Assembly (NCBI GenBank): GCA_964475165.1
Contig: CAYYVN010000007.1
Location: 44,178-108,177 of the forward strand
DNA length: 64,000 nucleotides
Direction of reading: 5' to 3'
Origin: an uncultured Verrucomicrobiota bacterium
GTDB taxonomy: Bacteria > Verrucomicrobiota > Kiritimatiellia > JAAZAB01
Part shown: one piece after another, positions 49,475 to 60,621 of the stretch
Layout of the letters: each line of letters starts with the position of its first letter
Position numbering within the stretch: the stretch's first letter is position 1
The notes under the pieces: generated by a model
The model's database searches: none
What the model was told of the DNA's origin: nothing
What the model saw: the letters and a program-made list of their open reading frames with translations, nothing else
Program-made: the position numbers and the translations under genes

Positions 49475-50980
49475 TCAACCGGGCACGGATGTGAGCCGCA
49501 CTGAGGCCTGGGGCGGCAATGGATGCCGCTCAATCACCCGCATGCTCTGCCAGCGCCCCTGGCGATAACGCCAATAGAAAACGACGGCCAGCAAACAGAT
49601 ATAGAGGGTCGCAAAAGACCAAGCCACATAAAGCCCCGCTTGCCACCAGACCACAGCCAGATAAAGCGGCCCCACCATCACGCCCACCGAAAGGATGAGG
49701 ATCGTCCAGCCGATGAATTTGGTATCACCCGCTCCCTTGAGCGCGCCGGAATAAATCACGGCCAAGACATCCAGCAGACTATAGATCGCCACGAAACGGA
49801 GCAGGCTAACGGCCAGGCCGCGCACGGCGCCGAATTCAACCGGATCCTGGCCGGCGGCGCGAAAGATATCGCAGAGCGGCCCGGGCAATAATATATAGAG
49901 CGCCGCCACCACCCACATATAAGCACCCGCCAAATGCAAGGCGCTGCGCGTGGCCGCGGCCCCCTCCTGGGGACGCCCAGCGCCAATGGCCTGCCCCACC
50001 AAGGTGCTCACCGCAATCGAAAAACCTATCATGGGCATGAATCCCAGGGAATTCAGGGCAAAGGCTATATTGGTGGCGGCCAGTTCGTTCCGTCCCAGCC
50101 GCCCCACCATCAACAGAAAAAAGGCAAAGGCAAAGGTATCCATGAAAAATTGCAGGCCGGCCGGAGTGCCGAAACGCCATAAGCGCGCAAAGAGACGCCA
50201 CTCGAAACGCCAGTGGGAGCGCACACCATAACGGGCTTCATGGCGCGCCCGGAATACAAACCCCATGAAAAGCACCAGCATCAAGGCATGACTGGCCACC
50301 GTGGCAACGGCTGAGCCGGCAATACCCATTTCCGGCAGACCCCAACGCCCAAAGATCAGCATCCAATCCAAGGGAATGTTAATGGCCATACCTATCAGGT
50401 TAATGAGCATGATGGCCCGCGTCCGCCCGCGACCGGAATAGAAACTAGCCAGGGCATCATGCATCAGACTAAAAACCGCCCCTTGCATCAGGATGCTGAA
50501 ATAGACTATTTCCAATTCCCGCACGCCCGGACCATGCCCGGCCAGCTTAAAGAAGACTCCGCCCAGAGGCGCCAAGGCGGCCAAAATAATTCCAGCCCCC
50601 AAGGCGCAATAGATGGCCTGCCATACCGCCGCCCCCACCCGTCGCAACAGGCCCGCACCCACATATTGAGCCACAAAGGTATTGCTGAAACTGATTACGC
50701 CCATGAAAAAACATAAAAACATGAAGGAAAGCATCCCAGCCGGCGTGGCCGCCGCCAGGGTATCCAGCGAGTAATGCCCCAGAAAAAGACGATCAGTGAA
50801 CAGCATGACCGTATGCGATCCCATGCTGATAACCAGCGGCAAGCTGATACGTAAAATGCCGCCATAACCATTGGGGCGCTGCCATAAATCTTTGAAGGAG
50901 AAAATCTTAATCATATTGGAGCTTAGTTCCCAAAAGCAGACGCTGGCTGAATTTTGGGGCATTATACTCTCCCTCAGCAT
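49475..50980 (-). CDS. MATE-family multidrug/oligosaccharidyl-lipid efflux transporter
   Basis: 12 TM helices in two 6-TM repeats, with ILRISLPLVISMGSHTVMLFTDRLFLG at the N-terminus. The start is either 50980 or the internal ATG at 50914 (MIKIF...). Confidence 0.75.
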   Translation of the reverse strand: MLRESIMPQNSASVCFWELSSNMIKIFSFKDLWQRPNGYGGILRISLPLVISMGSHTVMLFTDRLFLGHYSLDTLAAATPAGMLSFMFLCFFMGVISFSNTFVAQYVGAGLLRRVGAAVWQAIYCALGAGIILAALAPLGGVFFKLAGHGPGVRELEIVYFSILMQGAVFSLMHDALASFYSGRGRTRAIMLINLIGMAINIPLDWMLIFGRWGLPEMGIAGSAVATVASHALMLVLFMGFVFRARHEARYGVRSHWRFEWRLFARLWRFGTPAGLQFFMDTFAFAFFLLMVGRLGRNELAATNIAFALNSLGFMPMIGFSIAVSTLVGQAIGAGRPQEGAAATRSALHLAGAYMWVVAALYILLPGPLCDIFRAAGQDPVEFGAVRGLAVSLLRFVAIYSLLDVLAVIYSGALKGAGDTKFIGWTILILSVGVMVGPLYLAVVWWQAGLYVAWSFATLYICLLAVVFYWRYRQGRWQSMRVIERHPLPPQASVRLTSVPG

Positions 50981-51152
50981 AAAGCAAACCCGGAAAACAG
51001 CCGCTCTCTGATGGCCTTTTTCATTGTTTTTTTTAACAGCCCGGCTTACGATCGCCTGAGTTTACTCCCTGCAGCGAGACTGACCTGGTCGTCAGGAAAA
51101 GGAAAACAGGATAGGAGCCGGCGCTGATCCGGATCCATGACAAGGAACTCAT

Positions 51153-52820
51153 ATGAATAGTGATCAGATAAAAAAAGGATTGGAACGCGCCCCGCATCGC
51201 AGCCTGCTCCGGGCCACTGGCCTTGATCAGAGCCAGCTGGATAAACCCTTCATTGGCGTGTGCAATTCGTTCAACGAAATCGTCCCCGGGCATGTGCACC
51301 TCAATGCCGTCGGACGTTGGATCTGCCGCCGCATCCGTCAAGCCGGCGGGATCCCTTTTGAATTCAATACGATCGGCGTCTGCGACGGTATCGCTATGGG
51401 ACATGCCGGCATGAATTATTCCCTGCCCAGTCGTGAACTGATCGCTGATAGCGTGGAAACCATGGTCCGCGCCCATTGTTTTGATGCTTTGATTTGCATC
51501 CCCAACTGCGATAAAATCGTGCCGGGCATGCTGATGGGCGCCCTGCGCGTCAATATCCCCACCCTGATGATCAGCGGCGGGCCGATGGCCGCCGGCCGCA
51601 GCGCCACGGGCGCGGCCTTGGATTTGATCAGCGTGTTTGAGGGCGTCGCCGCCTGCAAACAGGGGGCCATCAGCGAGACCCAGCTTGAGGCGCTTGAAGC
51701 TGCGGCCTGTCCCGGCTGCGGTTCCTGTTCGGGCATGTTCACGGCCAACTCCATGAACTGCCTCTGCGAGGCCCTGGGCATGGCCCTGCCAGGCAACGGA
51801 TCCATCCTGGCCACTGATCCCAAGCGCAAGGCGCTCTATACCAAGGCGGCCCGCAGAGTCGTGGCTATGGCCCTGGCCAAAGGCCCGCGCCCGCGGGAGA
51901 TCGTCACTGAAGCCGCGCTGGATAACGCCTTCGCCTTGGATATGGCCATGGGTGGTAGCACCAATACGGTGCTGCATGCCCTGGCCATCGCCCATGAAGC
52001 CGGCGTGCACTATGACCTGAATCGCATCAATCTTATCTCGCAAAAAACACCCAATATCTGCCGGGTAGCCCCTTCCAGCCAGTTTCATATGGAGGATGTC
52101 GATCGGGCCGGCGGTATCAGCGCCATTCTAAAAACCATCAGCGCCATTCCCGGCCTGCTTCACGCTCAAGCCCCCACCATCACCGGTAAGAGCCTGGGCC
52201 GTAATGTGAGCCGCGCCAAGATCAAGGATCCAACCGTGATCCGCCCCCTGGAAAACCCCTATTCCAAGGAAGGCGGCTTGGCCATCCTATGGGGAAACCT
52301 GGCCAGCGAGGGTGCCGTCGTCAAGACAGCCGGCGTGGCCGATTCCATGCTGACCTTCGAAGGTCAGGCCATCGTCTTCAATTCCCGTGAAGAGGCCAAT
52401 ACTGGTATTCTGCAGGGTAAAGTGAAAGCCGGCCAGGTGGTGGTGATTCGCTACGAGGGTCCGCGGGGCGGCCCGGGAATGCAGGAAATGCTCGGGCCAA
52501 CCTCTTACATCATGGGCCAGGGCCTGGGCGAAAAAGTGGCTCTGATCACCGATGGCCGCTTTTCCGGCGGCACGCGGGGTGCCTGTATCGGGCATATTTC
52601 GCCGGAAGCCGCCGCCGGCGGCATTATCGGGCTGTTGCAGGATGGCGATCTGATCCGGATCGATATTCCCAATCATCGCCTGGAAACTACCGTGCCAGCG
52701 GATGAACTTGAACGGCGCCGCGCGGCCCAGCCGGCCTATACGCCCCAGGCCGTCGGCGGATATTTAGGCCGCTACGCCGCCCAGGTGTCCAGCGCTTGCG
52801 CGGGAGCCGTGCTGCCCTGA
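51153..52820 (+). CDS. ilvD: Dihydroxy-acid dehydratase
   Basis: [22 protein letters not shown], the Fe-S cluster cysteines ([18 protein letters not shown]), SDGRFSGGT-like [21 protein letters not shown], and 555 aa. Confidence 0.9.
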   Translation: MNSDQIKKGLERAPHRSLLRATGLDQSQLDKPFIGVCNSFNEIVPGHVHLNAVGRWICRRIRQAGGIPFEFNTIGVCDGIAMGHAGMNYSLPSRELIADSVETMVRAHCFDALICIPNCDKIVPGMLMGALRVNIPTLMISGGPMAAGRSATGAALDLISVFEGVAACKQGAISETQLEALEAAACPGCGSCSGMFTANSMNCLCEALGMALPGNGSILATDPKRKALYTKAARRVVAMALAKGPRPREIVTEAALDNAFALDMAMGGSTNTVLHALAIAHEAGVHYDLNRINLISQKTPNICRVAPSSQFHMEDVDRAGGISAILKTISAIPGLLHAQAPTITGKSLGRNVSRAKIKDPTVIRPLENPYSKEGGLAILWGNLASEGAVVKTAGVADSMLTFEGQAIVFNSREEANTGILQGKVKAGQVVVIRYEGPRGGPGMQEMLGPTSYIMGQGLGEKVALITDGRFSGGTRGACIGHISPEAAAGGIIGLLQDGDLIRIDIPNHRLETTVPADELERRRAAQPAYTPQAVGGYLGRYAAQVSSACAGAVLP

Positions 52821-52824
52821 AAGT

Positions 52825-54072
52825 TCAGGCCAGGTTACGAGCCACGGCGCTGCCAAACTCGCTGCATGAAAGCAGGGTGGCGCCCTCCATCAGGCGCTCC
52901 AGATCATAGGTGACTGTCTTGGCGGCCAGGGTGCGTTCCATGCCGCGCATGATGCTATCGGCCGCCTCCCGCCAGCCCAGATAACGGAACAGCATCTCGC
53001 CGGATAAAATCAGCGAACTGGGATTAACCTTATCCTGCCCGGCATATTTGGGCGCCGTACCATGCGTGGCCTCGAAGAGGGCCAGGCCAGAGTCGTAATT
53101 GATATTGGCGCCGGGGGCCAGCCCAATACCGCCCACGCAAGCCGCCAACGCATCCGAAAGATAATCGCCATTGAGGTTCATGGTGGCCACCACCGCATAC
53201 TCGCGCGGGCGCGTCAGAATCTGCTGAAAAAACGCATCCGCCAGCACATCATTCACCAACACCTTGCCGGGCGGCGCGCGGCCGCCACAGTCCTCGGCCA
53301 CTACGGCCACCGCGCTCAGTTCGCGGCGCACCAGGTCATAGCCCCACTGCTTGAAGGCGCCTTCGGTGAATTTCATGATGTTACCCTTATGCACCAGGGT
53401 CACGCTGGGCCGCCCCTCGCTCACGGCATAATTGATCGCCGCGCGGATCAAGCGCTCGGATCCCTCGCGGGAGATGGGCTTGATACCCAGACCACTGCTT
53501 CCCGGAAAACGCAGCTGGGTCACACCTAAATCCTGCTCCAGAAAACGAATCAGTTTTTGAGCTGCCTCACTGCCGGCCGGCCATTCGATACCGGCATAAA
53601 TATCCTCGGTGTTCTCCCGGAAGACCACCATATCAGTCCATTCCGGATGGCGCACCGGCGAGGGCACGCCCGGGAACCAACGCACCGGCCTGAGACACAC
53701 ATAGAGATCAAGCTGTTGACGCAAGGCCACATTCAGCGAGCTGAACCCTCCCCCCACCGGAGTGGTCAAGGGCCCTTTGATGGCCACGATATGGCGGCGG
53801 ATAGCCGCTACTGTTTCCGGTGGTAACCAAACACCATGGATTTGATGGGCTTTTTCGCCAGCATAGACTTCCTGCCAATGCACGCGCCGCCGGCCGCCAT
53901 AGGCCTTGTGCACGGCCGCATCCCAGACCAGCCTGGCAGCGCGCATGATGTCCGGCCCGATCCCGTCGCCCTCGATAAAGAGAATGCTAGGATCAGGCGG
54001 CACACACAGTTGGCCATCCGCGCCGCGCCGGATCAGCGTGCCTGGCTGCGCATTGTGATTAGTGCGGGTCAT
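52825..54072 (-). CDS. icd: Isocitrate dehydrogenase (NADP-dependent, prokaryotic homodimeric type)
   Basis: [15 protein letters not shown] at the N-terminus, the IDH/IMDH signature [26 protein letters not shown], and 415 aa. Confidence 0.85.
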   Translation of the reverse strand: MTRTNHNAQPGTLIRRGADGQLCVPPDPSILFIEGDGIGPDIMRAARLVWDAAVHKAYGGRRRVHWQEVYAGEKAHQIHGVWLPPETVAAIRRHIVAIKGPLTTPVGGGFSSLNVALRQQLDLYVCLRPVRWFPGVPSPVRHPEWTDMVVFRENTEDIYAGIEWPAGSEAAQKLIRFLEQDLGVTQLRFPGSSGLGIKPISREGSERLIRAAINYAVSEGRPSVTLVHKGNIMKFTEGAFKQWGYDLVRRELSAVAVVAEDCGGRAPPGKVLVNDVLADAFFQQILTRPREYAVVATMNLNGDYLSDALAACVGGIGLAPGANINYDSGLALFEATHGTAPKYAGQDKVNPSSLILSGEMLFRYLGWREAADSIMRGMERTLAAKTVTYDLERLMEGATLLSCSEFGSAVARNLA

Positions 54073-54081
54073 GTTTTCCTT

Positions 54082-56013
54082 TCAGTGCTCGGCGCGCGTG
54101 AAGTTGAGCAGACCACCAGCCAGCAGGATCTGGATTTGGCGCGCGGAAAGTTTCCACTGCAAGGCCAGCTCTACCCCGGAAGATTCCACCCTCAAAACAA
54201 GCGGCCGCGCCCCGCTGAGCGCTTCCACCAAGCCGGCCACGCGCAGGCGGTCACCCGCCTGCAGGCGATCGTAATCAGCGGCCTGCGCAAAGACCAGGGG
54301 CACGATCCCGAAATTGATCAAGTTGGCTTGATGAATGCGCTCGAAGGATTTAGCTATCACCGCCTTAACGCCCAGAAACATCGGACACAGCGCCGCATGC
54401 TCGCGGCTGGAGCCCTGGCCGTAGGATTCACCGGCAAGGATGATGTTATGCAGGCCCTCTTCTTGAAAAGCCTTGGCCCGCTCGGCGAAGCCGGCATCCA
54501 AGGGCTCAAAGACATATTGGGCATAGCGCGGAATATTGGAGCGGTATTTCAGACGCGCACCCGCCGGCATAATATGATCGGTGGTGATTTTATCGCCCAC
54601 CTTGATGGCCACCACACCACGCAGATCGTTCGGCAGAGCGCTGTTGCGCGGCAGAGCAGCGATATTGGGGCCGCGCTCGATGGGGACGGCCGCGCCCGCG
54701 GGCGGCGGTTGAATGAAAAGTGCATCATCGATCTCGAAAGCCCGCGGCTGAGCCACCTCCGGAAACTCCAGCCCGGCCCGGCGAGGATCCCGCACGCATC
54801 CGGCCAGCGCCGCCAGCGCCGCCACCGGTGGACTGACCAAATAAACCTTGGCCGAAGGCGTCCCGGAACGTCCCTCGAAGTTGCGGTTGGAGGTGCGCAA
54901 GGAAACCCCGCCCGTCTCCGGCGCCAGCGAGTTGCCGATGCAAAAACCACAGGCGTTTTCCAGGATGCGGGCGCCGGCGCCGATCAGGGCGGCCAGGCTT
55001 TTATCCTTGGCCAACATAGCCAGTACCTGGCGCGAGCCAGGCGCGATACCCAAGCTAACATCTTGATGAATACGGCGCCCCGCCAGAATACGCGCGACGG
55101 TCTCGAGATCGCGATAGGAAGAATTGGTGCAGGATCCAATCAAGACCTGATCAACCTTCAGACCTTCCAACTCGGCCACGGGCACGATATTGCCCGGGGA
55201 ATGCGGCGCCGCCGCCAAGGGCTCCAATTTCTCCAGATCAATGGTCAACTGGCGGTCGTAGACGGCATCGGCATCGGGCCGAAGCTCGCGCCAGACCTCT
55301 CCGCGGCCCTGTGCTTCCAGGAAGCGGCGTGTACACTCATCGCTGGGAAAGACCGAAGTCAATACGCCGCATTCGGCGCCCATATTGGCAATCGTCGCCC
55401 GTTCAGGCACATCGAGCTGGGCCAGGCCCGCCCCACCATATTCGAGCACATAGCCGCCATTGCCCTGCGTGCCCAGCTGTTCCAAAACCTTGAGAATGAT
55501 ATCCTTGGCTGTGACCCAAGGCTGGAGGCGGCCCTCGAGTTTCAAGAGCAGCACCTTGGGCATGAGACAATGAAAGGGCGCGCCGGCCATGGCCAGGGCC
55601 ACATCCAAACCACCAGCCCCAATCCCCAACATACCCAGCCCGCCGGCGGTGGGTGTATGCGAATCTGAGCCCAACAAGGTCTTGCCCGGCACTCCAAAAC
55701 GCTCCAGGTGCAATTGATGGCAGATGCCATTGCCGGCCCGCGAAAAGATAATGCCGAAACGCGCCGCCACCGATTGCAGGTAACGGTGATCATCGGCATT
55801 CTCGCAACCAACTTGAATGGTGTTATGATCCACATAGCTTACGGCCAGCTCGTTTTGGATCCGAGCCAAGCCCAGGGCCTCAAATTGCAAATAAGCCAGG
55901 GTCCCCGTGGCGTCTTGGGTCAGGGTCTGATCAATCGCAAGCGCGATTTCTTGGCCCGGGATCGGCAAATCCCCTGCTAAATGCTGCGCTAATATTTTTT
56001 GCGTCACATTCAT
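54082..56013 (-). CDS. Aconitase-family hydratase (about 640-aa short aconitase type), adjacent to icd
   Basis: The Fe-S ligand region GSDSHTPTAGGLGMLGIGAGG, the swivel-domain motif GESYGQGSSREHAAL, and 643 aa. Confidence 0.75.
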   Translation of the reverse strand: MNVTQKILAQHLAGDLPIPGQEIALAIDQTLTQDATGTLAYLQFEALGLARIQNELAVSYVDHNTIQVGCENADDHRYLQSVAARFGIIFSRAGNGICHQLHLERFGVPGKTLLGSDSHTPTAGGLGMLGIGAGGLDVALAMAGAPFHCLMPKVLLLKLEGRLQPWVTAKDIILKVLEQLGTQGNGGYVLEYGGAGLAQLDVPERATIANMGAECGVLTSVFPSDECTRRFLEAQGRGEVWRELRPDADAVYDRQLTIDLEKLEPLAAAPHSPGNIVPVAELEGLKVDQVLIGSCTNSSYRDLETVARILAGRRIHQDVSLGIAPGSRQVLAMLAKDKSLAALIGAGARILENACGFCIGNSLAPETGGVSLRTSNRNFEGRSGTPSAKVYLVSPPVAALAALAGCVRDPRRAGLEFPEVAQPRAFEIDDALFIQPPPAGAAVPIERGPNIAALPRNSALPNDLRGVVAIKVGDKITTDHIMPAGARLKYRSNIPRYAQYVFEPLDAGFAERAKAFQEEGLHNIILAGESYGQGSSREHAALCPMFLGVKAVIAKSFERIHQANLINFGIVPLVFAQAADYDRLQAGDRLRVAGLVEALSGARPLVLRVESSGVELALQWKLSARQIQILLAGGLLNFTRAEH

Positions 56014-56113
56014 TCGAGTCCCCCTCCAAGGGCACAGTTAATCAGTTTAGCAGAGACTGCCCGGCTTTCAATCATGGATTATAAGCGCCGGGTGCGGCCG
56101 CTTAAATTCGCCT

Positions 56114-56142
56114 TTGACATCTCCGTCGCCCCCGCCTATGCT
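56114..56142 (+). promoter_or_regulatory. Sigma70-like promoter upstream of lemA: TTGACA, 17-nt spacer, TATGCT
   Basis: A perfect TTGACA -35 at 56114-56119, a 17-nt spacer, and TATGCT at 56137-56142, about 45 nt upstream of the lemA ATG, which has a GAGGAG Shine-Dalgarno. Confidence 0.4.
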
Positions 56143-56186
56143 ACGTGAAACACAAAGAGGCCCGCATATTTACAGAGGAGCAAAGC

Positions 56187-56777
56187 ATGACCTTCACTGC
56201 CCTGTTCGTTCTGGCGCTGCTGATCATCCTGATCTTGTTTGTTATCAATATCTATAACCGCCTGGTGAGCCTGCGCAATCGCTTCAAAAATGCCTTTGCC
56301 CAGATAGATGTCCAGCTCAAGCGGCGCTATGATCTGATTCCCAATCTGGTGTCTACCGCCAAAGGCTATCTCCAGCACGAGCGCCAAACCCTGGAAGCTG
56401 TCACGGCGGCGCGCAATCAGGCTGCCGCAGCCATCCAGCAGGCGGCCAGCGACCCCAGCAACATCACGGCCATCCAGGGATTGGCGGGCGCCGAAAGCGC
56501 TCTGACCGGCGCCCTGGGACGGCTCCTGGCGGTGGTGGAAGCTTATCCCGATCTCAAGGCCAACCAGAATATGGCCGCACTGATGGAGGAGCTCTCTTCC
56601 ACCGAGAACAAAGTCTCCTTTGCGCGTCAGGCCTATAATGATGCCGTGATGCTTTATAATACCACCCGCGAATCCTTCCCCCAGAATCTGATGGCGGGTC
56701 CTTTCGGATTCGCGGCCGCCCAGCTGTTCGAAATCACAGCGCCAACGGAACGGGAAGCGCCCCAAGTCTCTTTCTGA
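56187..56777 (+). CDS. lemA: LemA-family protein
   Basis: An N-terminal TM segment followed by the LemA pattern YNRLVSLRNRFKNAFAQIDVQLKRRYDLIPNLVSTAKGY...LEAVTAARNQA and EAYPDLKANQN. Confidence 0.85.
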   Translation: MTFTALFVLALLIILILFVINIYNRLVSLRNRFKNAFAQIDVQLKRRYDLIPNLVSTAKGYLQHERQTLEAVTAARNQAAAAIQQAASDPSNITAIQGLAGAESALTGALGRLLAVVEAYPDLKANQNMAALMEELSSTENKVSFARQAYNDAVMLYNTTRESFPQNLMAGPFGFAAAQLFEITAPTEREAPQVSF

Positions 56778-56798
56778 GTTGCGCCAGAGAAAATCTGC

Positions 56799-58709
56799 AT
56801 GGATTTTTTTGAGCATCAGGATCGAGCTCGCCGGCGCACCAAGCGCTTGCTCCTCTATTTTGCCCTGGCGGTGCTGCTGATCATTCTGGCCATCTATGGG
56901 GTCTTGGTTGGGCTCTTCACCTTCTCGGCCGAATCGGCCACCTGGTGGCAGCCGGAATTATTGCTGTGGGTCGGCATCCTCACCCTGGCGCTCATCAGTC
57001 TCGGATCTCTATATAAAATAGCGACGCTGGCCGGTGGCGGAGAGGCCGTGGCCCTGATGCTGGGCGCGCGGCCGCTGGCGCCTGATACCCAGGATAGCGC
57101 CGAGCGGCGCCTGCTCAATGTCGTCGAAGAAATATCCATCGCCGCCGGGATCCCTCCGCCCCAGGTTTTCCTGCTGGAAAAAGAAAAAAGCATCAATGCT
57201 TTTGCCGCCGGCTGGTCCCCGAGCCGCGCGGTGATCGGCATTACCCGCGGCGCCCTCACCCAGCTCTCGCGCGCCGAACTGCAAGGTGTTATCGCCCATG
57301 AATTCAGCCATATCCTCAACGGCGATATGCGCCTCAATCTCCGCCTGATCGGCGTTTTACACGGTATCCTGCTGATCGCCCTCATCGGCTATATGCTCCT
57401 GCACCAGCCGGCGCGGCGCAGCGGATCAAATAAAAAGAAAGATGGCGGAGCGATCATCCTTCTGCTGGGCTTAGGCTTGATGATTATTGGTTATATCGGC
57501 GTATTTTTTGCCAAGCTGATCAAAAGCGCCGTAGCGCGCCAACGCGAATTCCTGGCCGATGCCGCCGCGGTGCAGTTCACGCGTCAGCCCGATGGCTTGA
57601 GTGGCGCCTTGAAGAAAATCGGCGCCGGCGGCGCGCAGATCGCCCACCCCCAAGCCGAGGAGGCCAGTCATCTCTTCTTCGCCAACGGTATCCGCCCCGC
57701 CTTCCTCAACCTGCTGGCCACCCACCCGCCCTTAGCCGAACGTATCCGGCGCCTGGAACCGGGGTTCGACGGAGTTTTCAAGCGACCCGTAACAGCTCCA
57801 TCTCCCGCCGAGAGTGCGCCGGCTAAACTCACGCTGGCGGCCCACCGTGCGAAAGATCAAGTGCCGCTGGAGCAAGCCGCGCTCAATGCGACAGCTTTCG
57901 CGCGCCAGGTCGGCCAGCCCCAAGCGATCCATCTCGTTTACGCCGCCGCACTCCTGGAGGCTCTGCCGGCCAGCATGCGCCTGGCAGCCCGCGAACCCCA
58001 AGGTGCGCGCGCCTTGATCTATGGCCTCCTGCTCAGCCAGGCACCGGAAATGCGCCAGCAGCAATCGGTTTACCTGCGCGAACATAGCGAGCCAGCCTTG
58101 TATCAGGCACTCGAACAACTCGCGCCCACCTTAGCGACCCTGGCCGATAGACTGCGCCTGCCTCTGGCGGAATTGACCTTGCCGGCTTTGCGTACCCTAT
58201 CCAAAAAACAATACGCCGAGTTCAAATCTCACCTGCAGCATCTCATCCGCGCCGATGATGAAATCAGTCTTTTTGAATACGCCCTGCAGAGAATGGTGCT
58301 GCGGCACCTGGCCCCCACTTTCGAACGTAGCCAGGCGCCCCGCATCAAATATCAACATCTGACGCCCCTTCTGCCCGCCGCCCAGGTGCTCCTTTCCAGC
58401 CTGGCCCATCATGCTCAGGGCGCGGCCGCTCAAGCCTTCCAGCTGGGCGCAGCCCAATTAAAAGCTTCCTTAACGCTCCTACCGCCTGAACAGTGCGGAT
58501 TACAAGAGATCGATACGGCCCTGACAACCCTGATGAGCGCCGCGCCCCGCATAAAGAGAACAGTTTTGGAGGCCTGCGCCGCCTGTGTCGCCGCCGATGG
58601 CCAGGTGACCCTGGCCGAAGCGGAGCTGCTGCGCGCCGTCGCCGATGCTCTCGATTGCCCTCTGCCACCCATCTTGCCGGAGAGTCTCCATGCCAAGCTC
58701 AACCGCTAA
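56799..58709 (+). CDS. M48-family (HtpX/Ste24-like) zinc metallopeptidase with a long C-terminal helical extension
   Basis: N-terminal TM helices, the HExxH motif within GVIAHEFSHILNGDMRLN, and further TM helices flanking it. It lies immediately downstream of lemA. Confidence 0.7.
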   Translation: MDFFEHQDRARRRTKRLLLYFALAVLLIILAIYGVLVGLFTFSAESATWWQPELLLWVGILTLALISLGSLYKIATLAGGGEAVALMLGARPLAPDTQDSAERRLLNVVEEISIAAGIPPPQVFLLEKEKSINAFAAGWSPSRAVIGITRGALTQLSRAELQGVIAHEFSHILNGDMRLNLRLIGVLHGILLIALIGYMLLHQPARRSGSNKKKDGGAIILLLGLGLMIIGYIGVFFAKLIKSAVARQREFLADAAAVQFTRQPDGLSGALKKIGAGGAQIAHPQAEEASHLFFANGIRPAFLNLLATHPPLAERIRRLEPGFDGVFKRPVTAPSPAESAPAKLTLAAHRAKDQVPLEQAALNATAFARQVGQPQAIHLVYAAALLEALPASMRLAAREPQGARALIYGLLLSQAPEMRQQQSVYLREHSEPALYQALEQLAPTLATLADRLRLPLAELTLPALRTLSKKQYAEFKSHLQHLIRADDEISLFEYALQRMVLRHLAPTFERSQAPRIKYQHLTPLLPAAQVLLSSLAHHAQGAAAQAFQLGAAQLKASLTLLPPEQCGLQEIDTALTTLMSAAPRIKRTVLEACAACVAADGQVTLAEAELLRAVADALDCPLPPILPESLHAKLNR

Positions 58710-59691
58710 CGCTTTTGGCACTATCGAATGGCGCGCCTGGCTGAGCCGGCTGGGCAATAAAATAACCTGGCTGATCCTGGCGGCAGTGCTGGGCCTGGGC
58801 GCCTGGGGCGGATATCACTGCTGCAAAGATCCTGATCTGGTCTGGACGGCTATCCATTTGGAAGCCGCCCCTCACCGCCCCGAGGCGCACCTGCTAAAAA
58901 TCAATCGCCACACTCATATCCTGATCGATAGCGGCCATCCGCAGAGCGCGGAAAGCCTCTTGCACTTCCTCAAAGCCGCCGGCGTGACGCGCCTCAATGC
59001 CCTCATTATTAGTCACAGTCACCGCGATCATTACGGCGGTTTGCTGGCCTTATTGGATGCCGGCATCACGGTCGATGCCCTCTATTTCAACCCCGCCCCA
59101 CCCTTCCTGGTGCAACGGGAACCAGCCAACTGCGCGCAAGCCGAAATCGAAGCCATCCAAAAGGCTGCGCAGGAGCGGCGCATCCCGCTGATTAATATGA
59201 CCACCAATACCCAATGGGTCTTCAAGAATGGTATAACGCTCAAAGTCCTTTACGTCTACGACGGCTTGCGCACACCCGTGGGGCACACTGCGATCAACGA
59301 TACCTCCGCTATCCTGCTGCTCACCCATCATAAAATCCGCATGCTCTTCCCCGGCGATCTCACGCAACGTCTGGGCGCTTATATCACCCGTCAGCAGTCG
59401 GCCCTATCCATTCAAGCCGATCTGCTCAAGGTACCAAGCGCTGAGGGTTTGCCGGAACAGGCTTTCTTCGAGGCCGTACAGCCGCAGGCCCTGGTGGTGG
59501 TGGCGCCAGCGGAGCTTTGGTTATCCGCCCCATACCAGCGCCTGCGAGAAATGGCCGCCATCCCCACCTATGTCACGGGCCAGCAGGGCCATATCAAGAT
59601 TAAATCCGACGGCTATAAGCTGAAAATCAGCGCGCCTCGCCTGAAAAAAGCGGCGACTCGGCTCAAACAGCGCGCGGGAGCCGGCCGATAA
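58690..59691 (+). CDS. Metallo-beta-lactamase-fold hydrolase (ComEC C-terminal-domain-like) with an N-terminal TM anchor
   Basis: ILIDSGHPQSAESLLHFLKAAGVTRLNALIISHSHRDHYGGL carries the HxHxDH motif. An N-terminal hydrophobic segment is present. The ATG at 58690 overlaps the end of the M48 gene. Confidence 0.65.
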   Translation: MPSSTANAFGTIEWRAWLSRLGNKITWLILAAVLGLGAWGGYHCCKDPDLVWTAIHLEAAPHRPEAHLLKINRHTHILIDSGHPQSAESLLHFLKAAGVTRLNALIISHSHRDHYGGLLALLDAGITVDALYFNPAPPFLVQREPANCAQAEIEAIQKAAQERRIPLINMTTNTQWVFKNGITLKVLYVYDGLRTPVGHTAINDTSAILLLTHHKIRMLFPGDLTQRLGAYITRQQSALSIQADLLKVPSAEGLPEQAFFEAVQPQALVVVAPAELWLSAPYQRLREMAAIPTYVTGQQGHIKIKSDGYKLKISAPRLKKAATRLKQRAGAGR

Positions 59692-59774
59692 AAAATCCTT
59701 GTGGCCGCTTCAAGCCCCGCTATTATCTAAGGCGTGCGCCCTAAAATGAGCCCATTAACAGAAAGGATCCGGAT

Positions 59775-60416
59775 ATGAAGCGTACACTGCTCGCCTCCAT
59801 TGGTATCCTGGCTTGTTGCTCGCTGCTTTGGGCGGTATCAGATAGCAGCCCACAACCAGAGGGTAAAAAAGTAAAAAAACAAGGGGCCAAAGCTGGCTTG
59901 GCGTCTGAGACGATCAAGCAGCTCCAGACGATCACCCTCAAAATCGAGCAGCGCGATGGCCATCTGCACTTCTCATGGCACCCTGCCGCCGCGCAGGGGT
60001 CCGGTATCAAGATCGTCTATTCCACCACCAATCCGGAACCTGTCTATCCTCAAGACCCCTACGTCGCCTGGCTGCCCGAAGCCGGTGTTTCGTCATACGT
60101 GCTCCAGAACACCGAAGCGGCGGCCCAGCCGGCCTATTACCGCGTCTGCGCTGTGCGCCTCGATGATCACAGTGTGCCCAGCGCGCTTTCCAATGTGGTA
60201 CGCGTGGAGCCGGTGGCGGCCAGCGCGGCCACCCAGCAACACTGGCAGAAAAAGCAGGCAGGCAAGAAAGATCGTAAACCTGAGCTGCAACGCAAGCAAC
60301 CTGTTGCGGCTGAAAAAAAGGCCCCTGGCCAGGCAGGGCCCTGCGCGCAATGCGGCAAGAAATGCGGCCCGGGCGCCAACTTCTGTGCGCAATGCGGCCA
60401 TAAACTAAAGCCTTAA
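59775..60416 (+). CDS. Signal-peptide/lipoprotein-like protein with a central beta-rich (FN3-like?) region and a C-terminal double CxxC zinc ribbon
   Basis: MKRTLLASIGILACCSLLW (signal peptide with a possible lipobox) and the C-terminus GPCAQCGKKCGPGANFCAQCGHKLKP. Confidence 0.4.
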   Translation: MKRTLLASIGILACCSLLWAVSDSSPQPEGKKVKKQGAKAGLASETIKQLQTITLKIEQRDGHLHFSWHPAAAQGSGIKIVYSTTNPEPVYPQDPYVAWLPEAGVSSYVLQNTEAAAQPAYYRVCAVRLDDHSVPSALSNVVRVEPVAASAATQQHWQKKQAGKKDRKPELQRKQPVAAEKKAPGQAGPCAQCGKKCGPGANFCAQCGHKLKP

Positions 60417-60586
60417 TCCCGGCCTGGCCAGCCAGATAATGGCCGGAACTGGATTTTTCTTCGGCCAGCCAGACCGCCTTGGTAAAGGGGATCAGCCCCG
60501 GCCAGCGCCAAGGCTGGCTGGGTTTGAGGGATAAAAAACAGCGCTGTTTTGGTTCACAGTCAGAGAAATACCGATTCAGAAAAAGC

Positions 60587-60615
60587 TTGACTTCATAAAA
60601 AATGTTTAATATACT
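60587..60615 (+). promoter_or_regulatory. Near-consensus sigma70 promoter: TTGACT, 17-nt spacer, TATACT
   Basis: TTGACT at 60587-60592, an AT-rich 17-nt spacer, and TATACT at 60610-60615. The predicted transcription start is about 60622. Confidence 0.5.
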
Positions 60616-60621
60616 GCGGTT

